DNA from: a virus
Taxonomy: Duplodnaviria; Caudoviricetes
IMG/VR virus record: IMGVR_UViG_3300030389_002117
Location: 1 to 57,719 of that record
Length of the DNA stretch: 57,719 bases
Reading direction: 5' to 3' (one strand)
Positions 9,949-19,485 of the stretch are shown piece by piece. Within the stretch, counting starts at the first letter, position 1, and every line of letters begins with the position of its first letter. The notes under the pieces are model-generated. The model saw nothing but the letters and a program-made list of their open reading frames with translations, made no database searches and was not told where the DNA came from. Made by a program: the position numbers and the translations under genes.

Positions 9949-12670
9949 TATCTATTGAACAATCTACTACAATTACATGAGTTACGGGGAGTTTCATGCT
10001 AGTTCCTTTACTTAATCGCATCCTTGTTCTTTTAGCTCCAAATTTTGTTTTAAGATCTTGAACAAAAGCACTATAGTTAATCTGTTGCTCTCCACACCAG
10101 GCTTTGAGTGGTTTAGGTATTAAGTATGCACGCTGTAAATCAGTTTCGTATCGAGCAACAAGTTTTCCCCTCGGCAAAGATTCAGGGATAACGAGTTCTG
10201 CTGTGCCATCTTCTTGCCCACGAAGATCGTCCGTGCTTTTTATCCACAGCACGTTACCCCAATGTTCGTGTATGTAATCATTTAAAGTTTCTTCCACAGA
10301 TATGCTCATGTCTTCTACTTGCAACTTATTGTCTTTTAACCTCTGTATTGCCCAAGTAAATATTTTTTTGGTATCATAATTTATAAGTCCTACACGTTTG
10401 GCAATGATTAAACCTGTTAAAGTTGCAGATACAAGAATTGACCAGTATCTATTCTCAGCTGTAAGTCCTGCTTTTTCATCAACTCGTATCTGCACATCGG
10501 ATAAAAGTTTTTTCACCGTTTCTAAATTATTCATAATGTATTTCACATATATTTTCCCTGCGTGCCCATAGTTGTTTTTTAGGCAGGCACTAAACACATC
10601 TGTTTCTCCTTTTGTGTCAAAATAAGCACGATTTACACGACACTCCATAATTCTTTGAGCCTCTGCTTTTGGCATTGCTTTTATAATACTTATGCGTTCT
10701 ACCATGCTTGTGTTTCCGGTTGTTACAGCAAGTAAACTCCAAGGTTTACCTCTATGTCGTTCAACATTACTACTTGACGTCATACGACCACGCTGTCTAC
10801 CCCCTGTAAGTTGATATGCTAAATTAGATAATTCTTTACCACTCGTGTTAGTAAGTTCATCCATATAGAGTGGTAGGTTATGATAAACTTCGCCCCTATT
10901 CATCTTTGTGTTATACGTATCCCTCTCGATCATAACTAATTCTTCTGGGCTACCCCACACGGATACGGCGGCTAACATAGCTGTTGTTTTACCCACACCT
11001 GATTCTTTACTATAAATGTGAAGACCCGCACAGTTTATAGGGGACATCTCCATCAGGGGTGACCCGAAAGATGTACCCACTACAAATTGATGGAGTTCAA
11101 ACCCATCTCTGTTATAAAAATTAAGAGTGTCTTTCCAATCTTCTAAAGTTCCCTTGGGTTCAAACGAAGAAAATAAACCCGTTGTAGCCGCAGAGGGCGG
11201 GTTAAACTTCACGTCATCCTTACTAATCTCTTCGTTACCTAATACAAAACTATCAAAATTATCGTCCGTCCACCCGAACTGCCGACGTGCTTCATCAGCT
11301 TTATCTGTCATCTGTAAATGATTCACCCATGTTGTCGTGTATTTCATTATTTCTTCCATTCTCGTTACTGCTATGCCTTGTTCAGACAATTTCTTTCTAA
11401 GTTCTTCTTTTGAAGTAACAGCGGTTAGTTGCACTGTAAACTCCCTGACGCCGTCTTTTGGTAGATGTAATCGCATCACAATCGACTCTCCTAGTTCGAC
11501 ATCATGTGTACGTTTTACAACATATAAATCATTATGATATATTAATTTATCTTCGGGGTCACCATCTGCGTTAAGAAATCTTACATATACCCCTCCATTT
11601 GCTCCTCTGAAATAGGGTTGCGGGTATTTAGGCACTTGGTCACCTGATGATTTTTTTATAGTCTGTCCAAGCATTATCGGAGATGTAATTTTATCACTTT
11701 TATGGTGCATACAATTTTCGCAAAGGTCGGGGTTGTGTTCAAAAAAACGCTCACACCGATAAGGTCCTTTTATCAAATCAACCTTCTCTTGTGTTAATTG
11801 TTTATCGTAACCCTCGTGACCTATAGATATAATGTCTATTGCTTTTTTACTATCTTTACAAAACTTTGCTATAGATAAACCCGCTCTCCAAAGAGGTTCG
11901 CTTACATTTTCTTTGTTTTGAACAATATTCAATAGCTGGGCACAGCCGGTTCCTTTGATTGTTTTTTGTAGTATTTGTTTAAAAGAGTTTTCGTAGTTGC
12001 TATATAGTGCTTCTCGAAAAGCATTTTCTGCTGAATCCACTTTAACAGGTGTAGGTATAATGTTTCCACATATTAATTTAGAAAAATGTTCAAAACCCAC
12101 ACATTTAACATCTTCTTTACCTAATATAGTAACCTGTTTGGGTGTACCCCCTTTGTGGTTGTGTGTTCCAGGCACACGCAACACCCTTGCTGTATCTGCT
12201 GTAACTGCAGGGTCTGCCCTCAACCCATGAGTCACGCATACTTTTTTCAGTTGATTTGCAACGGGTAACCACTCATCAGGGTGAACAGCTTCTTTTAAAA
12301 CCCAGTACACATGTATGCCGTTACCTGAGTTTATCATAACAGGTTTAGGTAAAGATAGTTTAGCTACAAAACTTCGTAAGTCTTTTATAGCGTCTGTTTG
12401 GTTTTCGTAATCTTTGCCTTGCCCACAATCTAAATCTAAGAAAAAAGATTTAAGGCACTTTACATTCTCTTGTTTGCGGTTTTTGTTTGTGCTTAAAGTG
12501 GCTAAACCAAAAAAAGCATTTAATCCTCGGTTATCTAAATTAGTGGTTGCGTGAATAATAGAATCTATTGAGTCATATATTTTCTGAGTACCTCTTCCAC
12601 CATTAAACGCTAAAACACTATAAAACCCATCTTCTCCAAGCACACTCTCCAAAAATGTTTTTGTCTCCAT
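9914..12670 (-). CDS. Primase-helicase (AEP/RepB-like primase, Cys-rich domain, DUF927, SF3-type helicase)
   Basis: FFLDLD, SGNGIHVYW and RVLRVPGTHN primase motifs, then RRQFGW, Walker A SGVGKTT and Walker B LYMDE. Confidence 0.85.
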   Translation of the reverse strand: METKTFLESVLGEDGFYSVLAFNGGRGTQKIYDSIDSIIHATTNLDNRGLNAFFGLATLSTNKNRKQENVKCLKSFFLDLDCGQGKDYENQTDAIKDLRSFVAKLSLPKPVMINSGNGIHVYWVLKEAVHPDEWLPVANQLKKVCVTHGLRADPAVTADTARVLRVPGTHNHKGGTPKQVTILGKEDVKCVGFEHFSKLICGNIIPTPVKVDSAENAFREALYSNYENSFKQILQKTIKGTGCAQLLNIVQNKENVSEPLWRAGLSIAKFCKDSKKAIDIISIGHEGYDKQLTQEKVDLIKGPYRCERFFEHNPDLCENCMHHKSDKITSPIMLGQTIKKSSGDQVPKYPQPYFRGANGGVYVRFLNADGDPEDKLIYHNDLYVVKRTHDVELGESIVMRLHLPKDGVREFTVQLTAVTSKEELRKKLSEQGIAVTRMEEIMKYTTTWVNHLQMTDKADEARRQFGWTDDNFDSFVLGNEEISKDDVKFNPPSAATTGLFSSFEPKGTLEDWKDTLNFYNRDGFELHQFVVGTSFGSPLMEMSPINCAGLHIYSKESGVGKTTAMLAAVSVWGSPEELVMIERDTYNTKMNRGEVYHNLPLYMDELTNTSGKELSNLAYQLTGGRQRGRMTSSSNVERHRGKPWSLLAVTTGNTSMVERISIIKAMPKAEAQRIMECRVNRAYFDTKGETDVFSACLKNNYGHAGKIYVKYIMNNLETVKKLLSDVQIRVDEKAGLTAENRYWSILVSATLTGLIIAKRVGLINYDTKKIFTWAIQRLKDNKLQVEDMSISVEETLNDYIHEHWGNVLWIKSTDDLRGQEDGTAELVIPESLPRGKLVARYETDLQRAYLIPKPLKAWCGEQQINYSAFVQDLKTKFGAKRTRMRLSKGTSMKLPVTHVIVVDCSIDNENKAGNIKDT

Positions 12671-12691
12671 AATTATTTCCTAAATTAAAGA

Positions 12692-12727
12692 CACCACGAC
12701 TAAGCTCCCACTTACCCAGTCGTGGTG
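12692..12727 (-). terminator. Stem-loop (possible weak terminator) between SSB and primase genes
   Basis: Minus strand CACCACGACTGGG-10 nt-CTTAGTCGTGGTG followed by TCTTT. Confidence 0.55.
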
Positions 12728-12738
12728 AGGTGCTAGTT

Positions 12739-13434
12739 TTATTCGTCGTCATCGTCCCATTCGTCTACAATTTTCGATATTTCATCATCTGTAGATTTTG
12801 TTTCTGGGGGAGGTGTTTTCTTTGCGACCTTTTTTGGTTCTTCTATTTCCTCCTCTTCCACTGCGGTTGATTCGTTACTCTTAAACATATCGGAGTCGTT
12901 TTCCATAGTAAAGCCATCTTCAACAACATCGAATGGATTTTTGTCTTCTAATGGAATATACTTAACAACTTGCACACCTTTTAATCGAAGATTCACACTC
13001 TCTTTCCCATACCCTTTATAAGGATTAAAAGTTACGGCAATGTTTACAGTGCTACCTGTTGTTAATAGAAAATCTTCCGGCAATCTTGTACCTTTAGAAT
13101 CTACTTGCAGTGGAGGTGACGTTTTTTGTTTGTTATACGCACCTTTTAAGTTTGCTTTGTACAAATATGTGCCTTCGTCTTCTTTAGTAAAAAGACCTTG
13201 CCTTTCCAACCTATCACCCCATTTTTCTTTTTTATTGGCTTGATAAGAAGCTTGCATTGCTTTGTACAAAGCTTTTGCAGTGGGTTCGTCCATACGAAAA
13301 GAAATCGAATAACTTGCTCCGTCATCTAAAGCGTTGCAAGGCATTGATCGGTTTAATTTTTCGTCAAACTTGTACGGCTGGTTTATTTTTGGATATAAAG
13401 CCGTTACATTTTTTATTATATATGATTCCATCAC
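12739..13434 (-). CDS. Single-stranded DNA-binding protein (T7 gp2.5-like)
   Basis: Y-P-K-I N-terminus, GSTVN..V...Y and LRLKGVQV OB-fold strands, acidic tail DEWDDDDE. Confidence 0.7.
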   Translation of the reverse strand: MMESYIIKNVTALYPKINQPYKFDEKLNRSMPCNALDDGASYSISFRMDEPTAKALYKAMQASYQANKKEKWGDRLERQGLFTKEDEGTYLYKANLKGAYNKQKTSPPLQVDSKGTRLPEDFLLTTGSTVNIAVTFNPYKGYGKESVNLRLKGVQVVKYIPLEDKNPFDVVEDGFTMENDSDMFKSNESTAVEEEEIEEPKKVAKKTPPPETKSTDDEISKIVDEWDDDDE

Positions 13435-13446
13435 ATTCTCCTTTTA

Positions 13447-13719
13447 TTATATATTTTCATCTAAGGCTTCAAAAAAATCTGGTTGTTCTGATTCTTTTTT
13501 AACTAAAACTGTATCCATAGATGTATCTATTTTACTATCTTCACTTTTTACTTTTACTAAAGCAGAGGTTACATCACTAATCCTAAAACGTAACACGTTG
13601 TTAATAGATATGTATGTATCTTCTGGTATATATTTCTGACGTATCCAACCACGCACGGTCGAAATGGACACACTAAAGTGTTTAGCTACGTCTTCAATCG
13701 TTACATAAGGTTCATTCAT
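13447..13719 (-). CDS. Excisionase/MerR-like helix-turn-helix DNA-binding protein
   Basis: YVTIEDVAKHFSVSISTVRGWIRQ..IP.....RFRISDV winged-HTH pattern. Confidence 0.8.
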   Translation of the reverse strand: MNEPYVTIEDVAKHFSVSISTVRGWIRQKYIPEDTYISINNVLRFRISDVTSALVKVKSEDSKIDTSMDTVLVKKESEQPDFFEALDENI

Positions 13720-14114
13720 TATTTCTTCCTAACACTTACGACACGTTCCTTTTCAATATTAAGTGAGTTTGGAACTCTGTCTGGGTTTTCTTCTAAGAAC
13801 TGTTTCATGTTACTTTTGTTTATACGCTTATCGAGAAGCTCTGGCACGTCATGCTCTTTAATAAAATTGTGCATGGATTCCCAGTCATCTACCCAATAAT
13901 TCGTTTTCTCTGAAACAAAAAATATACCTTCAACAGTCTTTACACTTGTTTGTCTTGTTTCGTCACAAAAGTCTAACATTGCATGTTTAATCTTTTCTTG
14001 TTGACGTAACAAAACGCCGTCCTCTTCTTTATACTTACTCGATAAAGCGGCACGTTCTGCTCGTATTTTGATGTAAGCTTTTGTTAGCTTATCTGGCGTT
14101 ATATTCTTTTTCAT
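13719..14114 (-). CDS. Hypothetical replication-module protein (coiled coil plus beta domain)
   Basis: GGGAG SD, TAATG coupling to the HTH gene, N-terminal coiled coil, SVKTxxG and DW..F motifs. Confidence 0.7.
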   Translation of the reverse strand: MKKNITPDKLTKAYIKIRAERAALSSKYKEEDGVLLRQQEKIKHAMLDFCDETRQTSVKTVEGIFFVSEKTNYWVDDWESMHNFIKEHDVPELLDKRINKSNMKQFLEENPDRVPNSLNIEKERVVSVRKK

Positions 14115-14160
14115 AACATTCTCCCGTTTTATATAATTATATATAAGGGTGTTTAATTAC

Positions 14161-15696
14161 TTAGTCAAGTATTTCTTTGTATAAATCTATTAATTTTGTG
14201 TGTACGTCTATTCTTCTATCTAATAACCTGTAAACGTGTTTTTCTGCAGCAGATCCTTGTAACTGAACAACTGTACACTTATGTTTCTGTCCTGACCTAT
14301 GCACTCTGGCATTTGCTTGGTCGTATGTTTCTAAAGAACTTGTTGGACCCCACCACACAACTGTATTGGCGGCGGTCAAAGTTACTCCATGCGATGCGGC
14401 TTGCGGTTGAATAACTAAGACTTTTGGGTCTGATGATTCTTGAAAACTTTTAAATATGGCTGTTCTTTTATGAGCTGACACGTCTCCTCGAATAACATCA
14501 GTAGTTATTCCCTCTAGTCTTAACTTCTTTGTAAGTATATCTATGACGTGCTTAAAAGGCACAAACACTAATATCTTTTGGCTTGACTCATCAATCACTT
14601 CTCGCAAGACTTTATATCGGTGCTTTATGTCGAACTCTAACACGTCGCCGTCATCCGTGTATACGGCACCCGCAGATAGTTGTAGTAACTTGTTAAGGCT
14701 TACTGCGGCATTCATAGCTGTAACTTGTTCTCCTGTGATGTCCATGACCATTTTATCTTTGAGTTGTTTATAATATTTTTTCTGTTGAGCTGTCAGCTCC
14801 ACAGACCGTTTGGAAAAAACCATATCGGGTAAGTCCAAGCACTCTTCTTTTGTAAAACGTATAGCGGGTTGTAAAGCTCTAAACACCGTGTCTGTTGCTG
14901 TTTCACGCACCTTCCATGTAAATTGAGATACTTTAAACATTAACATGTCTTTAAATGACCCAAAGAACCGAGGTACACCGTTTGGGTTAACAAGTTTAGC
15001 TAAACCGTATGCGTCCACGGGACTTTGTGCAGCCGGTGTACCCGTCATCATCCACAACCACGTATTCTCGGACATAAGTAATCTTAAATTTTTCCAACGA
15101 GTTGTTCGAACATTTTTATAGTGTGTAGCTTCATCTACAATAATTAAATCAAAGCCTCCTTTTTGTAGCTCATCACGCACAACACCTATGCCATCATAAT
15201 TAATAATCACATATTCTTTGCCTTCTTTAATTATGTTCTTTCTCTTTTCAGATGAGCCATACGCAACAGAAACAGTTCTATGCGTTGCAAAAGTAAACAA
15301 GTCATCACGCCAAGCACTATCCATAATTGATAAGGGGCAGACCACTAGCACCCGTTTGATTGCACCTTGCTTCAGTAAATAGTCAGACGCCCAGATTGCA
15401 CTCGCTGTTTTACCTGTGCCTTGCTCGTTAAAACAAAACGCTCTTTTGTTTAAAGTAAGAAACGAAGCTGTTGATATTTGGTGTTTAAAAGGTTTGTGTT
15501 GACCTGTCCACACGTAGTTTTTTTCTATAGGTGAAGGAGCTTTAATATTCAATGCGTTAAGGCTCATTGCTTCATGTAGTCCCCAGTTTACAAGCACATT
15601 GTTATTACTTATTATTTTACTTTTTGGGATATTGTTTACAACTCTGTCAGGGTCACGTAGTTTGAATAACAAAGCTTTGTTATCTATAATCTGCAT
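14161..15696 (-). CDS. SNF2-family (SF2) helicase
   Basis: EQGTGKT, IIVDEATH, MTGTP and QANARVHRSGQ helicase motifs. Confidence 0.9.
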   Translation of the reverse strand: MQIIDNKALLFKLRDPDRVVNNIPKSKIISNNNVLVNWGLHEAMSLNALNIKAPSPIEKNYVWTGQHKPFKHQISTASFLTLNKRAFCFNEQGTGKTASAIWASDYLLKQGAIKRVLVVCPLSIMDSAWRDDLFTFATHRTVSVAYGSSEKRKNIIKEGKEYVIINYDGIGVVRDELQKGGFDLIIVDEATHYKNVRTTRWKNLRLLMSENTWLWMMTGTPAAQSPVDAYGLAKLVNPNGVPRFFGSFKDMLMFKVSQFTWKVRETATDTVFRALQPAIRFTKEECLDLPDMVFSKRSVELTAQQKKYYKQLKDKMVMDITGEQVTAMNAAVSLNKLLQLSAGAVYTDDGDVLEFDIKHRYKVLREVIDESSQKILVFVPFKHVIDILTKKLRLEGITTDVIRGDVSAHKRTAIFKSFQESSDPKVLVIQPQAASHGVTLTAANTVVWWGPTSSLETYDQANARVHRSGQKHKCTVVQLQGSAAEKHVYRLLDRRIDVHTKLIDLYKEILD

Positions 15697-15712
15697 TTTC
15701 TCTCTCTTAAAT

Positions 15713-15841
15713 TTATTTTTTCTTTTTCTTTTTTGCTTTGCTAGGAAGAATGCCTTTGTTTACTGCTCTGGCTCTTTCACTAAAACCTAACTTCTTACCT
15801 TGCTTTACTTTTTTTCTAATTGTTTCTAATTTAGCGACCAT
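15713..15841 (-). CDS. Small basic protein (42 aa, not in ORF track)
   Basis: MVAKLETIRKKVKQGKKLGFSERARAVNKGILPSKAKKKKKK. Fills the gap between neighbouring genes. Confidence 0.65.
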   Translation of the reverse strand: MVAKLETIRKKVKQGKKLGFSERARAVNKGILPSKAKKKKKK

Positions 15842-15842
15842 A

Positions 15843-16130
15843 TTATTTTTTCCCTCGTTTTGCCCTCAACCTCTCTTTTGCCCTCTTGGCTATTTGTGCT
15901 TGTTCGGTTTTACCAGATACTTTTGCTCTTTGTTCCATAACCGTAAGTATCTGTATTTTCCGTGCAAAAGGTTTGTTTACGTTCATCACCTTCCTTGCCG
16001 TATCTCTTGCGTCTTGAACAGTTGCATATTTAATACCTACTGTATCTTTAGGATTCTCGTCTGTATAAAGTCTGCGACCAGAACCTTTGGGTTTTTTACC
16101 CGTACCTACTTTTGGGTCTTTTTTCTTCAT
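15843..16130 (-). CDS. Small basic hypothetical protein
   Basis: 95 aa, Lys/Arg-rich, LYTDENPKDTVGIK core. ATGA overlap with the upstream gene. Confidence 0.7.
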   Translation of the reverse strand: MKKKDPKVGTGKKPKGSGRRLYTDENPKDTVGIKYATVQDARDTARKVMNVNKPFARKIQILTVMEQRAKVSGKTEQAQIAKRAKERLRAKRGKK

Positions 16131-16375
16131 TTTTTCTTTTTCCTTCCATTTCTGGCACGGTTCTTTGAAGGACTTTCTAGCCTTGTGCCGTCCTTGTTAG
16201 AACCACCTTTACTTAACATCTTATTGTGTGATACATCTTTACCTTTTCGGCTAATTCCCTTTTTATCGTATGCACGTCTAGCACGTTGACGCTCCATGCG
16301 ATCTGGATGTTCACCACGTTTTTTCTGTTGTTGATATTCTTTTTTGTAGGGTCTAGGGGATTTAGTGTATGCCAT
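16127..16375 (-). CDS. Small basic protein with degenerate HNH-like motif
   Basis: GKDVSH...LSKGGSN....R......NR pattern. Confidence 0.55.
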   Translation of the reverse strand: MAYTKSPRPYKKEYQQQKKRGEHPDRMERQRARRAYDKKGISRKGKDVSHNKMLSKGGSNKDGTRLESPSKNRARNGRKKKK

Positions 16376-17040
16376 CAGTTACTCCCATTATGTACACATT
16401 CGAGAACGGCACAATGGTTTCTACATAAACCACTTGGACGTGCGTTCCATATATCTTCTTCGTAAGCGACTTCCATGCGTTTATAATTCGCTATCCATTT
16501 ATCGCACAAATCTTGAATCATGTCATCTGTATATTTATGTTTGATGAGTTTTTTTGCGACAACGAACAACAACCCCGCATGTATTTTTGTTACTTGAGGG
16601 AAGTGTTTAAACGTGGCAATCGCCATCAATTCTAACTGCCCTTTATCTGCATACTTTGCAGATTTACTTGTTTTATAGTCTACAACAAATGCTTTACTAT
16701 TATTTATAATTATCAGGTCTGCTATCCCCCTCCACCAAACTTCTTTCGCTTTAAAGGTGCATGGTTCTAAATCGTCCGTAAGTCCCATGCGAACTTCTGT
16801 TAACTTCTTACCTTGCTTTGAATTTAGTGGTTTTAACAGCTTATCCATAAAGATGTATTTGTCAGGAACTGGTTTCCCATCACGAATATATTCTTCAGCA
16901 ACGAGATGAACTTTTGTTCCGTAGTCCATAGCTTCAGTATACCCTTGTTTATAATCTTTTGCTATTCGCAAATGATAAAACTGTTTGGGACATTGCTCAA
17001 ACGACTTTATAGAACTATATGACCATGGAGTTATACTCAT
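16375..17040 (-). CDS. PD-(D/E)XK exonuclease (Cas4/RecB-like)
   Basis: SYSS..F.QCP, GTKVH, GIADL, VDYKT, QL motifs and C-terminal C-x3-C-x4-C. Confidence 0.85.
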   Translation of the reverse strand: MSITPWSYSSIKSFEQCPKQFYHLRIAKDYKQGYTEAMDYGTKVHLVAEEYIRDGKPVPDKYIFMDKLLKPLNSKQGKKLTEVRMGLTDDLEPCTFKAKEVWWRGIADLIIINNSKAFVVDYKTSKSAKYADKGQLELMAIATFKHFPQVTKIHAGLLFVVAKKLIKHKYTDDMIQDLCDKWIANYKRMEVAYEEDIWNARPSGLCRNHCAVLECVHNGSN

Positions 17041-17252
17041 GTACCTTTTGGTCTCCCATATATTTTTTTCCTGACATCAACCACATCACGCCTTCTACCT
17101 TTTTTATTGCAGTAAACTTCGTCATACTCCCTTCTTTCAAAAGGAGCAGGTATATTTAAACGATAAAGCCAATCATCAACTTCTTCGTCTAAAATTGATA
17201 TGTCTTGCCACCCAGTTTCGTATTCGTCATTTGCTTCTTTAAAAGTGCTCAT
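17037..17252 (-). CDS. Hypothetical protein
   Basis: 71 aa, ATGA overlaps at both ends. Confidence 0.6.
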   Translation of the reverse strand: MSTFKEANDEYETGWQDISILDEEVDDWLYRLNIPAPFERREYDEVYCNKKGRRRDVVDVRKKIYGRPKGT

Positions 17253-19054
17253 TCACAGCCTCCGTATGATTTACCTATACCCGATTCGCAATCAATCGGC
17301 AAACCTTTTGCCCAATCGGGTGTCCAACGCATACTCTCTTCTATAAATTTTCGAGCCTTTTCTGATTCGTTATCTTCAACGCAACATACTATCGAATCGT
17401 GAACTGTTAAAACTACTCTATATCTTTTTGCTATCTTCAACATCTGCTCACCAATAATACAACGTGCAATCGCTTGGCATACATTTTCTATTATCTTACC
17501 ACCATAAATACGGTTACGTCCACGTCTAACTTTATAAGTAAACTCTAAACCTTTCTCCCCTTGTATGTACTGCAAGTCATCATATTTTAAATACAATCCT
17601 GATGGTAACAATAACATGTTACCCTGTGCTTTTAATACACCAGGTAGACCAAAACAAATACCTGTTGATAAAAACTGTTGTGCATCTCTCCACAACTTAT
17701 TTATCTTATAATTTGTTTCTCTGTATATCTTAATGACCCGCCGTGCTTCATGTAAGTCCATAGCAAAACCAAAAGACTGAAGTTGGTCTTGAAACTTCAA
17801 AGCACCCATACCATACCCCGCCCCCAAGATTGTGGTTTTACCTACAAATCTCTGTTCTTTAGTCACATTTTCTTCGGCAACATTATAAATACGAGATGCC
17901 ATTTTTTTATAAACATCTTCTCCATTTCGAAAAGATTTTGTCAAATCATTTTGCTCTGCGAGCCAAGATAAAACCCGTGCTTCAATTTGAGAAGAGTCAG
18001 CATCTATAAGAACATGACCTTCAGGAGCGAGAATACTTTGTTTTAATTTGTTACCATTTAATCCACGGCTAGGTAAATTTTGTAAATTAATTTTGTCGTC
18101 ACCACCCCAACGTCCCGTATGAGCAGAATAATATCTTATGGGAACAGGGAGTAAACCTCTGTTACCAATGTCTATAAATCGTTGAGTTCTTGTTTCTTCT
18201 AATGTGCTTTTGTTTGCTAGTCGAGCTTCTATAAGTTTACGCACCTTTGCATTAGAGTGTTTTTCTAAATTCTTAAATCCTTCATCAGACTTAGCAAAGG
18301 CATAGGCTTCCTTGCCTGTCGTTGGACTTATTTTTGTTGGGGGTTCTACACCAAGACCTCTAAGCAATTCAGCAAATTTATCATTGCTCATCAAATCTTC
18401 TCGTTTGGTATTTGACTCCTGTAACAACTTTGCCTTACGTTCACACGTTTCCTTGTGATGTTGTCTTAACAAGTCCATGTCTAAATCTAGTTTAGGTTCT
18501 ACAAACATTCGCAACGTCAAGTCTATCAGCTTAAGTTCTTTCTTTGGAAAGCCTTTTACCATTTTAAGGAATAGTTTGTAAGTTAACTCGACATCGTTTA
18601 TACAATAATCTCCAAACTTAGACAGTTCTTCTTCCGTAAAATCTATACGTTTTTTACCCGACGTATTTGTAACCTCGTCACCTTTTTGCCCAAGGGCATA
18701 CATCTCGGATAAAGCATCTAAACTCAAAGAAACTTCAACACCATGTATAGCTCTAGCAATACATAAAGTGTCAGTAAAAGCACGTGGACAAATACCAAAA
18801 TGCCAATTAAGTATAGCAAAATCAAAGATGCCGTTGTGAGCGACAACCATTGCATCTGCCCAATTATAAGTTTGTAAATAGTTTTTAATTTCTGAAAATG
18901 TACCACTCGCCCACTCCACCTCTCCACCATTTAGTTTAACACCAACCCCAATCACTTCAAACATAGGGTCACGCACATATTCTTCTGTTGTCATCTTTTT
19001 TAAAGAAACATCTTTGTCGTAGTACGTTTCGAAGTCGAGGGTAATTAAATCCAT
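17249..19054 (-). CDS. polA: Family A DNA polymerase with 3'-5' exonuclease
   Basis: LDFET exonuclease I, motif A DSSQIEAR, motif B RFVGKTTILGAGYG, motif C TVHDS. Start moved to ATG 19054, which is TAATG-coupled. Confidence 0.92.
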   Translation of the reverse strand: MDLITLDFETYYDKDVSLKKMTTEEYVRDPMFEVIGVGVKLNGGEVEWASGTFSEIKNYLQTYNWADAMVVAHNGIFDFAILNWHFGICPRAFTDTLCIARAIHGVEVSLSLDALSEMYALGQKGDEVTNTSGKKRIDFTEEELSKFGDYCINDVELTYKLFLKMVKGFPKKELKLIDLTLRMFVEPKLDLDMDLLRQHHKETCERKAKLLQESNTKREDLMSNDKFAELLRGLGVEPPTKISPTTGKEAYAFAKSDEGFKNLEKHSNAKVRKLIEARLANKSTLEETRTQRFIDIGNRGLLPVPIRYYSAHTGRWGGDDKINLQNLPSRGLNGNKLKQSILAPEGHVLIDADSSQIEARVLSWLAEQNDLTKSFRNGEDVYKKMASRIYNVAEENVTKEQRFVGKTTILGAGYGMGALKFQDQLQSFGFAMDLHEARRVIKIYRETNYKINKLWRDAQQFLSTGICFGLPGVLKAQGNMLLLPSGLYLKYDDLQYIQGEKGLEFTYKVRRGRNRIYGGKIIENVCQAIARCIIGEQMLKIAKRYRVVLTVHDSIVCCVEDNESEKARKFIEESMRWTPDWAKGLPIDCESGIGKSYGGCE

Positions 19055-19485
19055 TATTCTTCTTCCTTCATGGCACATTCATATTCTATCCCAACGTATG
19101 CCATGTTATCAACGTAATGGTCTTTAACTTTAGGACTCGTTTGCCTTCTTGCTAACTTTGTGGCTTGGTGCAATATCGCTACATCTCTTGCCGTAATATC
19201 TTTACCTGTGATTGCATTAAATATTTCCGCAATATGTTTATGGTTATCGACAGGGTTGCCATAGTTTTTTAACCTTGTCCCATTCGTAAGGCTCAATGCT
19301 TCCCGTAGTAAGTCACAACGGTTTTCTATTGCTTCTTTCTCAAAAACTTGTTTTGGTGTGCCTATCTTTGTTATTAATTTTTTAGCATAACTTGTTGACA
19401 CGTTACAATTTTCTGCCACTTCTTTTGCAGTTGCTAATTTATTATTTACTAAGTATCTCCAAACTTTCTCTTCTTTCGTTCCCAT
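19054..19485 (-). CDS. HTH plus DUF6378-like protein
   Basis: N-terminal ATAKEVAENCNVSTSYA HTH, then R...YG.P..NH..IA and KLAR...D.YVD...Y. Confidence 0.65.
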   Translation of the reverse strand: MGTKEEKVWRYLVNNKLATAKEVAENCNVSTSYAKKLITKIGTPKQVFEKEAIENRCDLLREALSLTNGTRLKNYGNPVDNHKHIAEIFNAITGKDITARDVAILHQATKLARRQTSPKVKDHYVDNMAYVGIEYECAMKEEE

